Source: a virus
Lineage: Duplodnaviria > Caudoviricetes
Reading direction: 5' to 3' (one strand)
Length of the DNA stretch: 44,118 nt
IMG/VR virus record: IMGVR_UViG_3300030372_001002
Span: 1-44,118 of that record
Shown here: piece after piece, positions 19,301 through 29,900 of the stretch
Layout: every line of letters starts with the position of its first letter
How positions within the stretch are numbered: position 1 is the stretch's first letter
Notes under the pieces: generated by a model
What the model saw: only the letters and a program-made list of their open reading frames with translations
What the model was told of the DNA's origin: nothing
The model's database searches: none
Made by a program: the position numbers and the translations under genes

Positions 19301-22300
19301 TTACCTTTAATTAGTATGGCACCAGTAGTATCAGATACCTCATATAAACCAGTGATTTCTGTGCCATCAGGTTGTGTAACTACAGGAATATCATTATGCC
19401 ATTGTTCAGGATATCCTATGACTTCATTCTCAGTTCCTATAATTTCTGTACTAGATACTGTATAACTATCACCACCAATAGTTTGAGTTTCTATTTGTTG
19501 TTGTGTATGAGTATTGATATTCCTTACACTAATGATAGTGGATTGAAGAGTATCAATATTACCAGTTGCTTCAAATGTAGATGAACAATCTGTTTTAACA
19601 TTACCAGGAGCTTGACTATTAGTAGGACTACTAGAAAGTCTAAAGATTTTTTTGCCACATTCAAATTTAGGTGTAGTTATGTCATTAGGATTTGGTATAA
19701 AGAATGAACCTCTTACATATCCAATATTGTCTGTTTTTAAATTAATTTGACTTACTGTTGCTTGAGCGCTAGATGTTTGACCAACTAATTTAAGATCTTT
19801 CTCTACATATCCAAAGAAAGTATTTTCAGATTTATCAGCTAAACTTAAAGTATCAATATTAATCAGTGTGCTTGTAGTAGAATATTCTGCAGGAACACTA
19901 AGAAGATTAGTATCAGTAGCTTCAATATTAACTCTTTCTGGAGCTGAACCAAAGTTTATAACAGTGGCAAGTTCTGGAGTGATAGTATCAATTATTCTAG
20001 TTCTATTTCCTCCCAATTCTCCTATAGCCAAAGGAGTTTGAGTGAAGTATGGATTGGTGTTATATATCACAGCAGGATTATCAAAATCACCCAACTTATG
20101 ATTTGATTTTGCTACTCTGAATCTAATTAATTCTGTTCCATCAGCAGTTGTTCCAATAACAGTTTCTCCCACTTGGAAAGTTCCTGTAACCATTGAAATT
20201 TGTAAGAGTTTAGGAACTATAAATTTATTAACATTTTCACCATCAAAGAATCCAAAAACATTAGTTGTTGGTTTTAAACTACTAGCAGAAAACTCAATAT
20301 TTCTAGATCTCATGAAAGGAGCTAGATCTGTGTTAACTACTTTTGGACCTTCATTTATAGTGCTGAAGGTTTCTCTAACTATATTTCTACTTCCAACTCT
20401 TTGTTGTGTTGAACTTTCAGATGTAAATGTTTGAGTTGTAGTTCTAGTCTTATCTCTTTGATTTGTATCATTATTTACAGAATGCCAAGATCCCCAAGAT
20501 TCATCACTACTTTCACTAACCAATCCACCACCACCAGTCCAAGTGGTCTCCCATGCTCCCCATGTTACTGGACTGTAACCAGTATCTGGATCAAATCCTC
20601 CAGCTGCAACTTGCTCACTAGTTTCTGTATAAGTAGTGAGATCTTCTTTTTTAGCCTCTATAGTAACCTGATCTAACCACACATCTGATGATGGTGTTAA
20701 GTTCATAACACCTCCATAGTAATTAATAAGGAAAGGTGTTACACTTTCAGTTCTAGTAGCAAATGGTTGATGGACAAAAGGAACTGTATCATAATCTAGA
20801 GATAATACTCTACCAGTTTTTCTAATTCCATTACTACTATTTAAATCCAACTTAAGATCTAATTCAGTAGTATAAGGAGCAGGTCTAAGTTCTCCTTTCT
20901 GATAGTCAATACTATTCTTAACTATAGTCTTTTTAATTTGATTTTCTGTATCTGAAAAATCATCTACAAAAAATCCTGATTTGAATCTATTTAAACCATC
21001 AGCATCTGTAACCTGCATGTTTAAAGTATCTCTTTCCAAAAGTGAAAGAGAAGTGTAAAATTCTAAACTTTCTATTCTCTGCTCAAGTCTATTGATATCT
21101 CTCATCTGATATCTTTTGTACTCAGCCAAGTTAATACTTACATCTGTTACATTGTACAAGAAAGCTGGTAAAGATATAGATGCTACTTCTAAAGCACCAT
21201 CAATAGCATTTGGAAGTTCTGGTGTCTCTGCAGGAATACCATTTACTAATTGAAATTCTCCTTTATCATTCAAATAAATTCTATCTAATCTAGCAAGATA
21301 GAATGCATAATCCACTAATATTGACTCATCTGATGCCAGTATATTTTTAGCAGAATTTCCTGATGCAGTAAATGCTCTTCCTAAAAATTCAAAAGGTGAA
21401 TAAGAAGTTCCTGAAAACTCAGATACTCTAGGTCTTATATCAATTATATCACTAACTCTAGAAGTATTAATCTGAGGTAGTTTTGCATAGTTAAAGTTAT
21501 CATAAGAATTGACAGTTGTAATATCTCCTGTATCAGATGCAGCAAAAAATGCAGATTCAAATACTACCAACAATCTTCTAGATGGTGGATTAAAACCAGA
21601 TTTTCTTACTATTCTAGAATAATCATATATGGTATTTCTTTGACCATCATCATAATTAAATTCTTCAGTGATATTATTAGATCCTATGACCAAACTATCT
21701 GTTGTAGCAGAAATACCAGACTCTTTAAATGTTATCTCTTCATTTTTTTGAAGAGTAAAATCATTCAAAGCAATATAATTTATAGTGCTATCATCAAATT
21801 TGCTTACATATATTCCTTTAAAATTACTGGTGGTAGCTTGGAAAGTATCACCAATAAGTAAATCTCCAGTTTTACCAGTAGCACTATTGATAGAAGTTAA
21901 TGATACTCTAGGTAGAACAGGAGCACTTGAATCAAATGATTCAAAGACACCATAAACTAGAGTTGCATCAGGAACTCCAAGAGAAATTTCTTCATCTTGA
22001 ACCCTAGTTCCATAAACAGCAGAGAATGTTAAACCATCATTTAAAGTAGTAGCTCCAACACCAGAAGATGAATTGTTAGAATTGACCACAGATACTTGAT
22101 TTATCTTTTGCTTTTGTTTAACTTTTTCTTTAACATTAACTTTTCTAAGAGTTGCAATTAATTTAGCAGCACTATTGGTACCTAGTCCATTAACAGTAAC
22201 TTCAGTAGATCCTGAATTAAATTCAAACTTATCTGCAGATAGTGATTCAGTTGTGCCATCAGTTCTAATTAATACATATCTTTCTTCATCATATGGTAAG

Positions 22301-24456
22301 AATGTTTGACTAGCATCTCCACTAGAAACTGCTCCAGTAGAGTTGTTTGTAATATTTACATCATATTGTTTTCTGATTGTTATATGAGAATTAGTTAAAT
22401 CTACACTAGCAACATTTCTTTTTGATAAAGGAGTGAATAATGTATTATCAGTAGATGATTGGAACTGAGAAGTTAATACTTTAAAATCTGCTGGATTAAT
22501 AGCAGTTGATGGTAGTCCACCCTCACATATACCAGTGACAGTTGTGACTCCTGAAATTGTTAATGATCTTTGAGATACACTTTCTATTCTTGCATATGAA
22601 GTTGTATTCAAACCAGAGTTTGTATATTCTACAATGTTTCCTACTGTAGCGATACCAATAAAGAATTTATTTGGATCTGTAAAAGTAACTGTACTTATAC
22701 CAGCAGAAGCTCCAGCAGTAGGTGGGTCTGTAATTTTAACTTGACCTATTGATACTAAATCTGACTGCTTTACATCTGCATTAAAAGTGCTTGCAGTACT
22801 TACAGTTCCATGAATAGATTTAATATCATTAGTTCTATATGCAGTTGTTGCTACAGAGATGACACCACTTTCTTCACCATTGAAAATAAATTGTTCACCT
22901 GCAACAAAATTACCTTTAGTATTGTATGCTGTAACTGCTGTTGAACTAGTAACACCATATCTTAAAAATCCAGTAGCACCACTAGACTTTCCTTTTATAT
23001 GAGTGGGTACAGTTAAAGTTGTAGGATTATTTAAAGCTATCTCAGTGTATGGTTGAATATCATATAATGATATATCCCACTCATTTAAATCTGTATTATC
23101 AACATTATATGAACCTGATTCTAAAGCAAAATCATACACACGTGCTAATCCTATCTCTTTGCCTGAAGCAGTGGTAGCAGCAGCACCAACTCTTTCATCT
23201 CTTAAACTAACAGTATAGTCTGTTCCAATTCCTACAGATGGAGATCCAGAAACTCTATTTAAAGTGAATGTAGGTCCAGTAACATAGTTGATACTCTGAC
23301 CTTCTAATAACTTAGTTGTTCTTGGTTTTTTAAAATCTAAAAATCCAGGAACTACAGTCTCTACTTCATATCCTCTAATATATGCTTTTCCTGGTGAAAT
23401 TCTATATGTTCCTAAATCATCAGATGGGGTGTTATTATTATATGTAACCTGATCTGAAGTAAATACACCATTATTACCTTCAAAATCATTTAATGTATTT
23501 CTTGCAGCAATTGTATATGGTTTTACATAATAGTTGCCAGATTCATCAAATGTTCTTCTAGCAAATTCAGTGGATAGATCATTATATTGAACCTTATCAA
23601 GCACAGAAGCAACTTTACCATTCCTAATCTCCATTATTTCTATGAAGTTTGGAGATTTATCTTCTGCTATAGGAACTGCTTCTAATTTTAATTCTATACG
23701 CAATCTATCAGCACCAGGTGCAGTGAAGTTACTAAATCCAGCTGCATTATCATTCAATCTTGAATTAATATCAGAATTTATTATATCCTCATAAACTCTG
23801 AGACCTACTTTAACATTTACATCACTAGTATATGGATTTATTATAAGTGTTTGTTTTTTAACATCTAGAAAATATCCTCTAGCAAAATAGATACCTGCAG
23901 ATAAAACAGCAGCACATCCAATATAGTTACATGAACCAGTATGCAATTGAGCTATTGGTTCTCCTACTTGAAAAGTTATACCATTTTTAGTAACAAAAGA
24001 TTCTCCATCTAAAAGTAAACTTTCTCCAGATATAAATTGATCACTATTATTAGCACCACTGTTTAAATAATTTACAAATAAAGTATAAGTTCCATCCTCT
24101 GCTATGTTAGGTAGATATGCAGTTATTTTTGCTTTTATGCCAGATTGACTTCCAATTACAGTTCTTCCTTTAACATTGAACAAATAAGACTTTACATCAA
24201 ATCCTTCATTGGAAGATTGAATTAATATAGAAGTATATGCATTTGTAAATTTTACACCACCACCAGTTACAGAACTTCCCTCTTTGAAAGTATGACTTCC
24301 AAACTTTTCAATCTGATCCTGCAGTATAGATTGTATACCTGTTAATTCTCTTGCTTGAACAGGGAATCCTGGTTTAAATAAAATTTTAAAATACTTATCA
24401 CTTCTATCAAAATCATCAAAATAAGGAGCGACGTTTAAATTTGTTTCCTGTGGCAT
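16360..24456 (-). CDS. VrlC-like / DUF4815-type large baseplate-tail structural protein (2698 aa)
   Basis: N-terminal NLNVAPYFDDF...KILFKPGFPVQARELT, APGADRL, ARRTFDESGNY, RFKSGFFVDDF, DPLAQSFFV, GSLFKSQNGQTW motifs. Confidence 0.9.
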   Translation of the reverse strand: MPQETNLNVAPYFDDFDRSDKYFKILFKPGFPVQARELTGIQSILQDQIEKFGSHTFKEGSSVTGGGVKFTNAYTSILIQSSNEGFDVKSYLFNVKGRTVIGSQSGIKAKITAYLPNIAEDGTYTLFVNYLNSGANNSDQFISGESLLLDGESFVTKNGITFQVGEPIAQLHTGSCNYIGCAAVLSAGIYFARGYFLDVKKQTLIINPYTSDVNVKVGLRVYEDIINSDINSRLNDNAAGFSNFTAPGADRLRIELKLEAVPIAEDKSPNFIEIMEIRNGKVASVLDKVQYNDLSTEFARRTFDESGNYYVKPYTIAARNTLNDFEGNNGVFTSDQVTYNNNTPSDDLGTYRISPGKAYIRGYEVETVVPGFLDFKKPRTTKLLEGQSINYVTGPTFTLNRVSGSPSVGIGTDYTVSLRDERVGAAATTASGKEIGLARVYDFALESGSYNVDNTDLNEWDISLYDIQPYTEIALNNPTTLTVPTHIKGKSSGATGFLRYGVTSSTAVTAYNTKGNFVAGEQFIFNGEESGVISVATTAYRTNDIKSIHGTVSTASTFNADVKQSDLVSIGQVKITDPPTAGASAGISTVTFTDPNKFFIGIATVGNIVEYTNSGLNTTSYARIESVSQRSLTISGVTTVTGICEGGLPSTAINPADFKVLTSQFQSSTDNTLFTPLSKRNVASVDLTNSHITIRKQYDVNITNNSTGAVSSGDASQTFLPYDEERYVLIRTDGTTESLSADKFEFNSGSTEVTVNGLGTNSAAKLIATLRKVNVKEKVKQKQKINQVSVVNSNNSSSGVGATTLNDGLTFSAVYGTRVQDEEISLGVPDATLVYGVFESFDSSAPVLPRVSLTSINSATGKTGDLLIGDTFQATTSNFKGIYVSKFDDSTINYIALNDFTLQKNEEITFKESGISATTDSLVIGSNNITEEFNYDDGQRNTIYDYSRIVRKSGFNPPSRRLLVVFESAFFAASDTGDITTVNSYDNFNYAKLPQINTSRVSDIIDIRPRVSEFSGTSYSPFEFLGRAFTASGNSAKNILASDESILVDYAFYLARLDRIYLNDKGEFQLVNGIPAETPELPNAIDGALEVASISLPAFLYNVTDVSINLAEYKRYQMRDINRLEQRIESLEFYTSLSLLERDTLNMQVTDADGLNRFKSGFFVDDFSDTENQIKKTIVKNSIDYQKGELRPAPYTTELDLKLDLNSSNGIRKTGRVLSLDYDTVPFVHQPFATRTESVTPFLINYYGGVMNLTPSSDVWLDQVTIEAKKEDLTTYTETSEQVAAGGFDPDTGYSPVTWGAWETTWTGGGGLVSESSDESWGSWHSVNNDTNQRDKTRTTTQTFTSESSTQQRVGSRNIVRETFSTINEGPKVVNTDLAPFMRSRNIEFSASSLKPTTNVFGFFDGENVNKFIVPKLLQISMVTGTFQVGETVIGTTADGTELIRFRVAKSNHKLGDFDNPAVIYNTNPYFTQTPLAIGELGGNRTRIIDTITPELATVINFGSAPERVNIEATDTNLLSVPAEYSTTSTLINIDTLSLADKSENTFFGYVEKDLKLVGQTSSAQATVSQINLKTDNIGYVRGSFFIPNPNDITTPKFECGKKIFRLSSSPTNSQAPGNVKTDCSSTFEATGNIDTLQSTIISVRNINTHTQQQIETQTIGGDSYTVSSTEIIGTENEVIGYPEQWHNDIPVVTQPDGTEITGLYEVSDTTGAILIKGNVVANEYGTDTVINAQTIEDQNLLVGDFNTFRDTDWVEEQGSVHSSGTMRAVAQEDDPDIIEQAYLDLLGRQPDGPGYDYWKEDIQNNPETAAAFAVIGSVENSEGAGNLAGISAANTITNYLAKQFGVSQEGQDKAAGTYTNTFDTYGEDAYWVCENKTDPLAQSFFVENTHGVFITQADIFIASKDETLPLIVQLRTVKLGIPTEEVIPFGEVVLQPGYVNTSDNASIPTSVVFPSPVYLSPGETYCIVLMSVSPNYHAWISRMGEIDIQTVNNPEAEQVQVSSQPTLGSLFKSQNGQTWNPSQFEDLKFNLWRAQFNKKTGNINFHNPSLLPASDDIHPLRKDSLQISSNKIRIGFNTTISDTGLNLGNTVLQLGSNATGNYVGAAGTATGNLTITNAGFGYTPSSGSQVYSNVNLNAITGTGKNGTANITISNGVAVAATIASGGIGYSLGDVVGISSVGINSLGSGIQFSITTLTGTNEFVLDNVQGEFATGVGKTFQYINSSGVTTTLNFSAGGNVFLSATPETVTDGVHIKVNQKNHGMHSTQNTVTLENIKTDVPATELATGYDSTSTGSLVVNDGTNFAQFENVGVGSTNLGFVKVGSEILSYSGVSGNTLTGVTRGVDSSQTLTHASGDLVHKYELNGVSLRRINTNHNLSSVTVSDPIGLDHYNIKVDMSTNGVNRSVGTSLPILHFNDTKSTGGENSLSSENMPFEIVRPIVQNITPTTTNVTSQIRTVSGSSVNGSESSFIDQGFEDISLATNNYMSSPRIIASRINETTLLSDLPDNRSFTMNLSLESGSPFVSPIVDLDRVAVILTSNRINQPITNYITDNRINNLLDDPNSFVYATKPITLENGATSIKIHLEAHINVTSDIRAFYAITDDPNGDLIYQPFPGFNNLFNTGQVIDPYKSNGLPDKLVPKTDVIAYTSNQVVYNDYEFTIDNLPTFRNFSIKLVGTGTNQAQPPRMRNLRVLALA

Positions 24457-24462
24457 GATTCT

Positions 24463-26031
24463 TTAGAATTGCAAAATGACTTTGATATCTTCTCTTTGGT
24501 TAGCAGACCTAGTAATAGAAGGTCTATTATCCACATAGATTATAGTTCCAGAGTATTTTTCTACCTCAGGGTTTGCAACCCCTTGAACAAAACTCTGTCC
24601 TAGAAAATATTTTCTATTATTTATTACAGTACTCACACCAGGACTACCTGATGATCCAAAACTAGTGTCTATTCCTAAAGTCCCCTCATTGCTAGCTATA
24701 TTCACATTTCCCCCTGTAGAGGGATTTGCTGTAAATCTATGTAGAGCAAATCCAAATGTAGGATCTGTTTTCAAAGATCCATCACTATTAAATCCAACTA
24801 AACTCTTATCTTGCCAGTATTTTAAAACTCCAGTTGTTTGGTCATAAGACACTACTCTACCAATAGCAGTAGAACCAACTCCAATAGTTTGTGTTACATT
24901 ACTATCAGCATTAAATGTTGCTGTTGTATGTCCAGCTCCAGTTAACTTCAATGCATAGAGAGCACTAGCTTTAGTTAGAGATAAATTTGAGGTGGATTGA
25001 TATGCTAGAGGATTTTCTACAATTCCTATTCTAGCAATTTGGTTTCCAGTAATAAAATCTGGGTTTTCTGGATCATTTTCAATTTTAGAATATACTAAGA
25101 CATTACTAGCACCCAATTCCCTATAAATGTCTGCTCCATGACCATCTTGAGGTGGAATAATAACATTAAAAACAGGAGTAGTGGTTCCTACTGGAACTCC
25201 ACCAGCAACTAAATCTAAACTTCCATAAGTATATCCAGAACCACCTTTAGAAATATCTACTGATTCTACTTTTGCATCATTGTTGATAACAACAGTTGCC
25301 TCTGCTCCAGATCCATCTCCATTAATAGGAACATTTGTATAAGTTCTATTAGCAGTTCCTATACCAGATCCTCTATTTACTATGGTGACAATTTTTAATT
25401 GACCACTGCTTGAGGCATTATCTCTTACTGGAGCATTATCTGTGCCATTCTCCCAATTATCAGGAACAGGTATAAAATTAGTAGAATTAAATTTTATAAT
25501 ATCATTAGGTTTTATAGTATAAAGATACTTCCAAATATACCCATCTCCACTGTCACCTGCTGCTTTTGGTTCAAGATCTGTGAAGGTTGGTTCATCTAGG
25601 GAAGGTCTGCCTGAAACATTTTCTGGATTTGTTCCATTTTGTAGACAAACATAAACCTTAAAGTCCTCATTTACTACAAAATATTTTGATGAATATAAAC
25701 TAGTTGCTCCTGATGGTTTTGCTGTATTTGTCCTACTAATATCCCCTCTATACATGTCATAAGTAACACCTGATGTCCAAGTATATCTGTTCACCATTCT
25801 ACGCACATCAGAAGCAGTAATCTTCTTCAATGCCACCATGGTATCCCAATAATCATTTTCTTGCTCAAAACTATCTTTTGGAGCAGGTGGATTTGTATCC
25901 CAAGTAGAGGAATAATTAGTGGCATTAGGTAAACCAACAAAAGAATAGTAAGAATTAACTGAAGAAGTTGCTGTGGCAACAAAATTCTTCGCGTTCAATA
26001 TTCTAAGTTGATCAGTTATAATGGCAGACAT
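24463..26031 (-). CDS. g8: Baseplate wedge protein gp8
   Basis: MSAIITDQLRILNA, DGYIWKYLYTI, GHGAD...LG, C-terminal IYVDNRPSITRS.NQ.EDIKVILQF. Confidence 0.95.
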   Translation of the reverse strand: MSAIITDQLRILNAKNFVATATSSVNSYYSFVGLPNATNYSSTWDTNPPAPKDSFEQENDYWDTMVALKKITASDVRRMVNRYTWTSGVTYDMYRGDISRTNTAKPSGATSLYSSKYFVVNEDFKVYVCLQNGTNPENVSGRPSLDEPTFTDLEPKAAGDSGDGYIWKYLYTIKPNDIIKFNSTNFIPVPDNWENGTDNAPVRDNASSSGQLKIVTIVNRGSGIGTANRTYTNVPINGDGSGAEATVVINNDAKVESVDISKGGSGYTYGSLDLVAGGVPVGTTTPVFNVIIPPQDGHGADIYRELGASNVLVYSKIENDPENPDFITGNQIARIGIVENPLAYQSTSNLSLTKASALYALKLTGAGHTTATFNADSNVTQTIGVGSTAIGRVVSYDQTTGVLKYWQDKSLVGFNSDGSLKTDPTFGFALHRFTANPSTGGNVNIASNEGTLGIDTSFGSSGSPGVSTVINNRKYFLGQSFVQGVANPEVEKYSGTIIYVDNRPSITRSANQREDIKVILQF

Positions 26032-26048
26032 TTGACAATTTTTTTAGT

Positions 26049-26056
26049 TATTTATT
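26049..26056 (-). promoter_or_regulatory. Late promoter AATAAATA upstream of g8
   Basis: In the intergenic gap, 18 nt upstream of the ATG. Confidence 0.7.
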
Positions 26057-26066
26057 ACATTAAATG

Positions 26067-26948
26067 CTAACTGACATTGACAGTCTTTAAGCTTCCATCA
26101 TTTTCAACTAATAATCTATATTGAGTTCCATTTGGAGAAGTTAATACAACTCCAGCAGCAGTGCTAACTCCAATGAAAGCATCATTTACTGCATTTATTC
26201 CAGTGGTGCTAATAGTAACACCATATCCAATGACTGCTTCTCTAATTGAGGCAATACCAGTCATTCTCATACCACCTTCTTTATTAAAGGTATTACCAGT
26301 TCCAACAGTAGATATTCCAACTATAGATAAATTACCAGCAACACTTACATCACTAGCAAAAGTTCCTACACCTGCTGCATTGACACCTCTGGTATTAACA
26401 TCATCCCCAAGTGTGGTGCTATTACCAACACTAACTAATGAACTAAATGTAGATGCTCCAGATACATTGACTTGAACAGCATTAAGGGCAACAGATGTAA
26501 ATGAGGTTATACCAGTTACTTTTAAACCACCTGTCAATGTAGTTTCTCCAGTAACATTACCACCACCAGTAACAACTAATCCACTGCTTACAGTTAATCC
26601 ACCTCCAATATTTCCACCACCAACAACAGTTAATTTGGAGGTAACTGTTGTAGTTCCTATACCAACTCCTCTTGATACAGTAGTAATACCTGTAGTATTT
26701 TCATTCCAATAAGATGATATACCAGTTGTTTCTAAAGCAGTGACAGTAACTTGTCCAAATGCAGTGCTAATACTTATATTATCTCCCGCAGCAATTGCTG
26801 TTACAATTCCTGGTGATAGATTAGTTCCATCACCACAAAGAGTATAGACCTCAGTGAAATTTGCATTTACCTTTTCAGCACCAGACAGTAAGGTATCACC
26901 TGTTCCATCATTTGGCTGTGATCCAGTGCTTATGCCCAGTTTTGCCAT
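26067..26948 (-). CDS. Short fibre / baseplate fibre connector with a gp9/gp10-type N-terminus
   Basis: N-terminal PNDGTGDTL...KVNANFTEVY motif, G/V/T beta-helix-like shaft, C-terminal LTSPNGTQYRLLVENDGSL motif. Confidence 0.8.
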   Translation of the reverse strand: MAKLGISTGSQPNDGTGDTLLSGAEKVNANFTEVYTLCGDGTNLSPGIVTAIAAGDNISISTAFGQVTVTALETTGISSYWNENTTGITTVSRGVGIGTTTVTSKLTVVGGGNIGGGLTVSSGLVVTGGGNVTGETTLTGGLKVTGITSFTSVALNAVQVNVSGASTFSSLVSVGNSTTLGDDVNTRGVNAAGVGTFASDVSVAGNLSIVGISTVGTGNTFNKEGGMRMTGIASIREAVIGYGVTISTTGINAVNDAFIGVSTAAGVVLTSPNGTQYRLLVENDGSLKTVNVS

Positions 26949-26968
26949 TTTGCGTTATCTATTTTAGT

Positions 26969-26976
26969 TATTTAGA
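26969..26976 (-). promoter_or_regulatory. Late promoter variant TCTAAATA overlapping the g7 stop
   Basis: Minus strand reads CTC TAA ATA. Confidence 0.6.
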
Positions 26977-29900
26977 GATATTCCTTATCTCTTAAAGGGT
27001 TGAATCTTTGGATAAATCCTGAAGTGGAGATACCTGTAAGACCATCTTGACCATAGAATTTAAAGTCTCTAGCTTGAGTTCTTGAACCTAACTCTAGGTA
27101 TCCCCAACTATAAGTGCCAAAGAATGGAGCATTATGTACATTACCAGTAAAGGTAACACCTATTCCATTAGAATCAAATTTAGTATTGGTTGAGTCAAAC
27201 TTTAATATAGAAGAGTCAAATGAGTCTGTAGTAAATAAATCAATATTTACAAACACTCTAGTTACAAATGTTGTTGCTGTTCCCACAGTGGATATGCCAA
27301 TTGCAGTATTAGCAACACTGACAGTATTAACATCTGATACTTGATAAACATTATCTATAAATTGAGTTCCCACTCCAATAGTGGTAGCTCCTCCAACATT
27401 AAATGATCTTAATGTAGTGGATGCTGATCCAACATTACTTTCATCTACTAGGAAGAAATCACCCACACTTAAAGAACTCAAAGTCACTGCAGTGCCAACA
27501 TAAGCACTATCCCTTAAGAAAGAATCTTCAGGAATATACAAGTCAAACATAAATTTGTTTTGACCTCCAGATGTTGTTGTTCCAAAACCAACTATTGTGC
27601 CATAATCACCAGAGTAGGTTATTGAAGTTACTTTTTCAACTCTGTTAGCCATCTTTGGTTCTTCAATAAGAACTGCAGGAGGACTAGAAACAGTGTATCC
27701 ACTACCAATGTTACTAATGGTAATAGATCCTACACTATCACCATCCATAATAGCAACTGCTTTTGCTACTTGAGTAGTTCCCATTCCAACAGGTTGTTCA
27801 ATGGACACTGTAGGAGTAAAGGTATAACCAATTCCTACATCAGATATAACAATAGATGTAATAGATCCAGCAGCAGAAACTAAAGCTGTGCCAGCAGCAC
27901 CTGATGCATCTTCTTGAGAAACTATGTTTATAGAATCTTGTGATCCATAATTCTCCTTAGTGCTATCAAAGAATATTCTAATATTTTCAACATATGCTTC
28001 TGTAGAAGCTATACCCACTGGTTGTATCAAAGTGGTAGTTGGATAAATCAGTGGTTCATAATGAGATCTATCTTTAGTAATTGATTGACCATCAATAACC
28101 TTATCTACAATTTGTTTATGCCAATTAATTGGTCTATCAAAAGTTTCATTAGTAGTGATACCAGGACCAGGATATGGATTAGTATTAACGTTATCAGCAG
28201 CATTGATGCTTGTTACTGTTCTAAGATCTTGTTCTAATGCTAAATCTTGATTATGCAATCTTACTTCATCACCTGTCTGAATTGTTTCTAAAATATCAAC
28301 AGTGGCAGTATCAACTGATGCAGTTCCTTTATAGAATAAAATTTTAGAAGTATCACCTTTCTTAGGTGCTTCCTTAAAGGTGATAAAACTACCACCTTTA
28401 AATTCATATCCATTACCAGGAACTTGCAGAATATCATTTATGAATACTAGAATAGTAAATTCAACATCAACATTAGATCCTGGTTGTGATTGAATTGTCT
28501 GTTGAGTGCCATTCAATTTTAATGGGAAGGATGTGTCTTGACCATCAAATAAATTATCTAAAGGATCTAATACCTCCAGATCTCCAATAGTCCAAGCAGC
28601 AAAACTATCACTTCCAACTTCTCTTACAGTAACTTCAAATTGTCTGGATGGACTGAAGTTACTGTCAGTTGGTATACCTACTGTTCCACCAACACCAATT
28701 GTTAGAACTTGATCTTCACCATAACCAAATCCTTCATTAATAATTTCAAAATCAATAACACTAGATCCTTGTCCTACAACTATATTAGCTCTTGCCTCAG
28801 ATCCAATTCCACTAGATGAAGAAGCATAGAATAAAGGCATATTGGTGTATGATAATGGTTCATCAATAACCACCAATGGAGGATTAGTTGTTGTATATCC
28901 AGTGCCAGGATTAGTAATTGCAACACTTACTATATTACCATTACTAATTGCAGCAGTACCAATGAACTCAATAGCTGGTGTTCCAGTGCTTAGTGTTTGA
29001 ACACCAACATTAACTACAGTTTGAATACCAGATCTATATCCAGAACCACTATTACCAATACTAACAGAAGTGATAGTACCTAAACCAGATACAACAGCAG
29101 TACCACCTGCAGCTACTAATGGTTGATATCCAAATCCTTCTGTAGATCCAACAGAGACAACCACACCACCTAAAGGAACATTAGCAGTGTTTGGATCATA
29201 TGATACAGAGGCAATGGTTCCTGTAAATTGTATACTTGTAATACCAACACTTTCCCTTAGTGTATAATCACCACTGACACTCACTCTCTTAGATTCAATA
29301 CCAGTGAATCTTTGTGGTCCTTGTGCTATTTGATTAACCAAAACAATTGCATTGCTTGTAGAAAATCCTGTTACATTACTTCCTCCAACCTGTAAAGTAA
29401 ATTCAGTGGAAAGTCCAGAGAATCCATGAGAAATATCATCAAAGATATAATTTAAACTATATGGTTCTACAGAACTACCAGTAATACCAGATCTCATGAA
29501 AGATCTACCATTGAATGTAGAGTGTGTTGCAACACCTACAAAATCTCTAGAATCAGGTTCATTAGTTGTAGAAGATAAAGGAGTTAATCCAACTGGAGCA
29601 CTGAAGAAGTGAACTTCATTATCTACTATGTTATAATTACCATCAATTTTTGTAACCAAATCACCAGAACTATAATTAGAAACTCCTGTTCCCATCCAAG
29701 GTCTAGTAACCAATAACCTATTAGTTGCACCAAGTCCAATAGAATCAACTTTAACAATTTCATTACCAATCTTTAACATATCTCCACCAGTTATAGATGT
29801 GATACCTGAAATTGTTATTGTGTCTGAGGTTGTTGATACATCAGCAACAAGATGAGTAGTGACAGAAGTAGATACAATGGGTTGCTGAATTACATTATCA

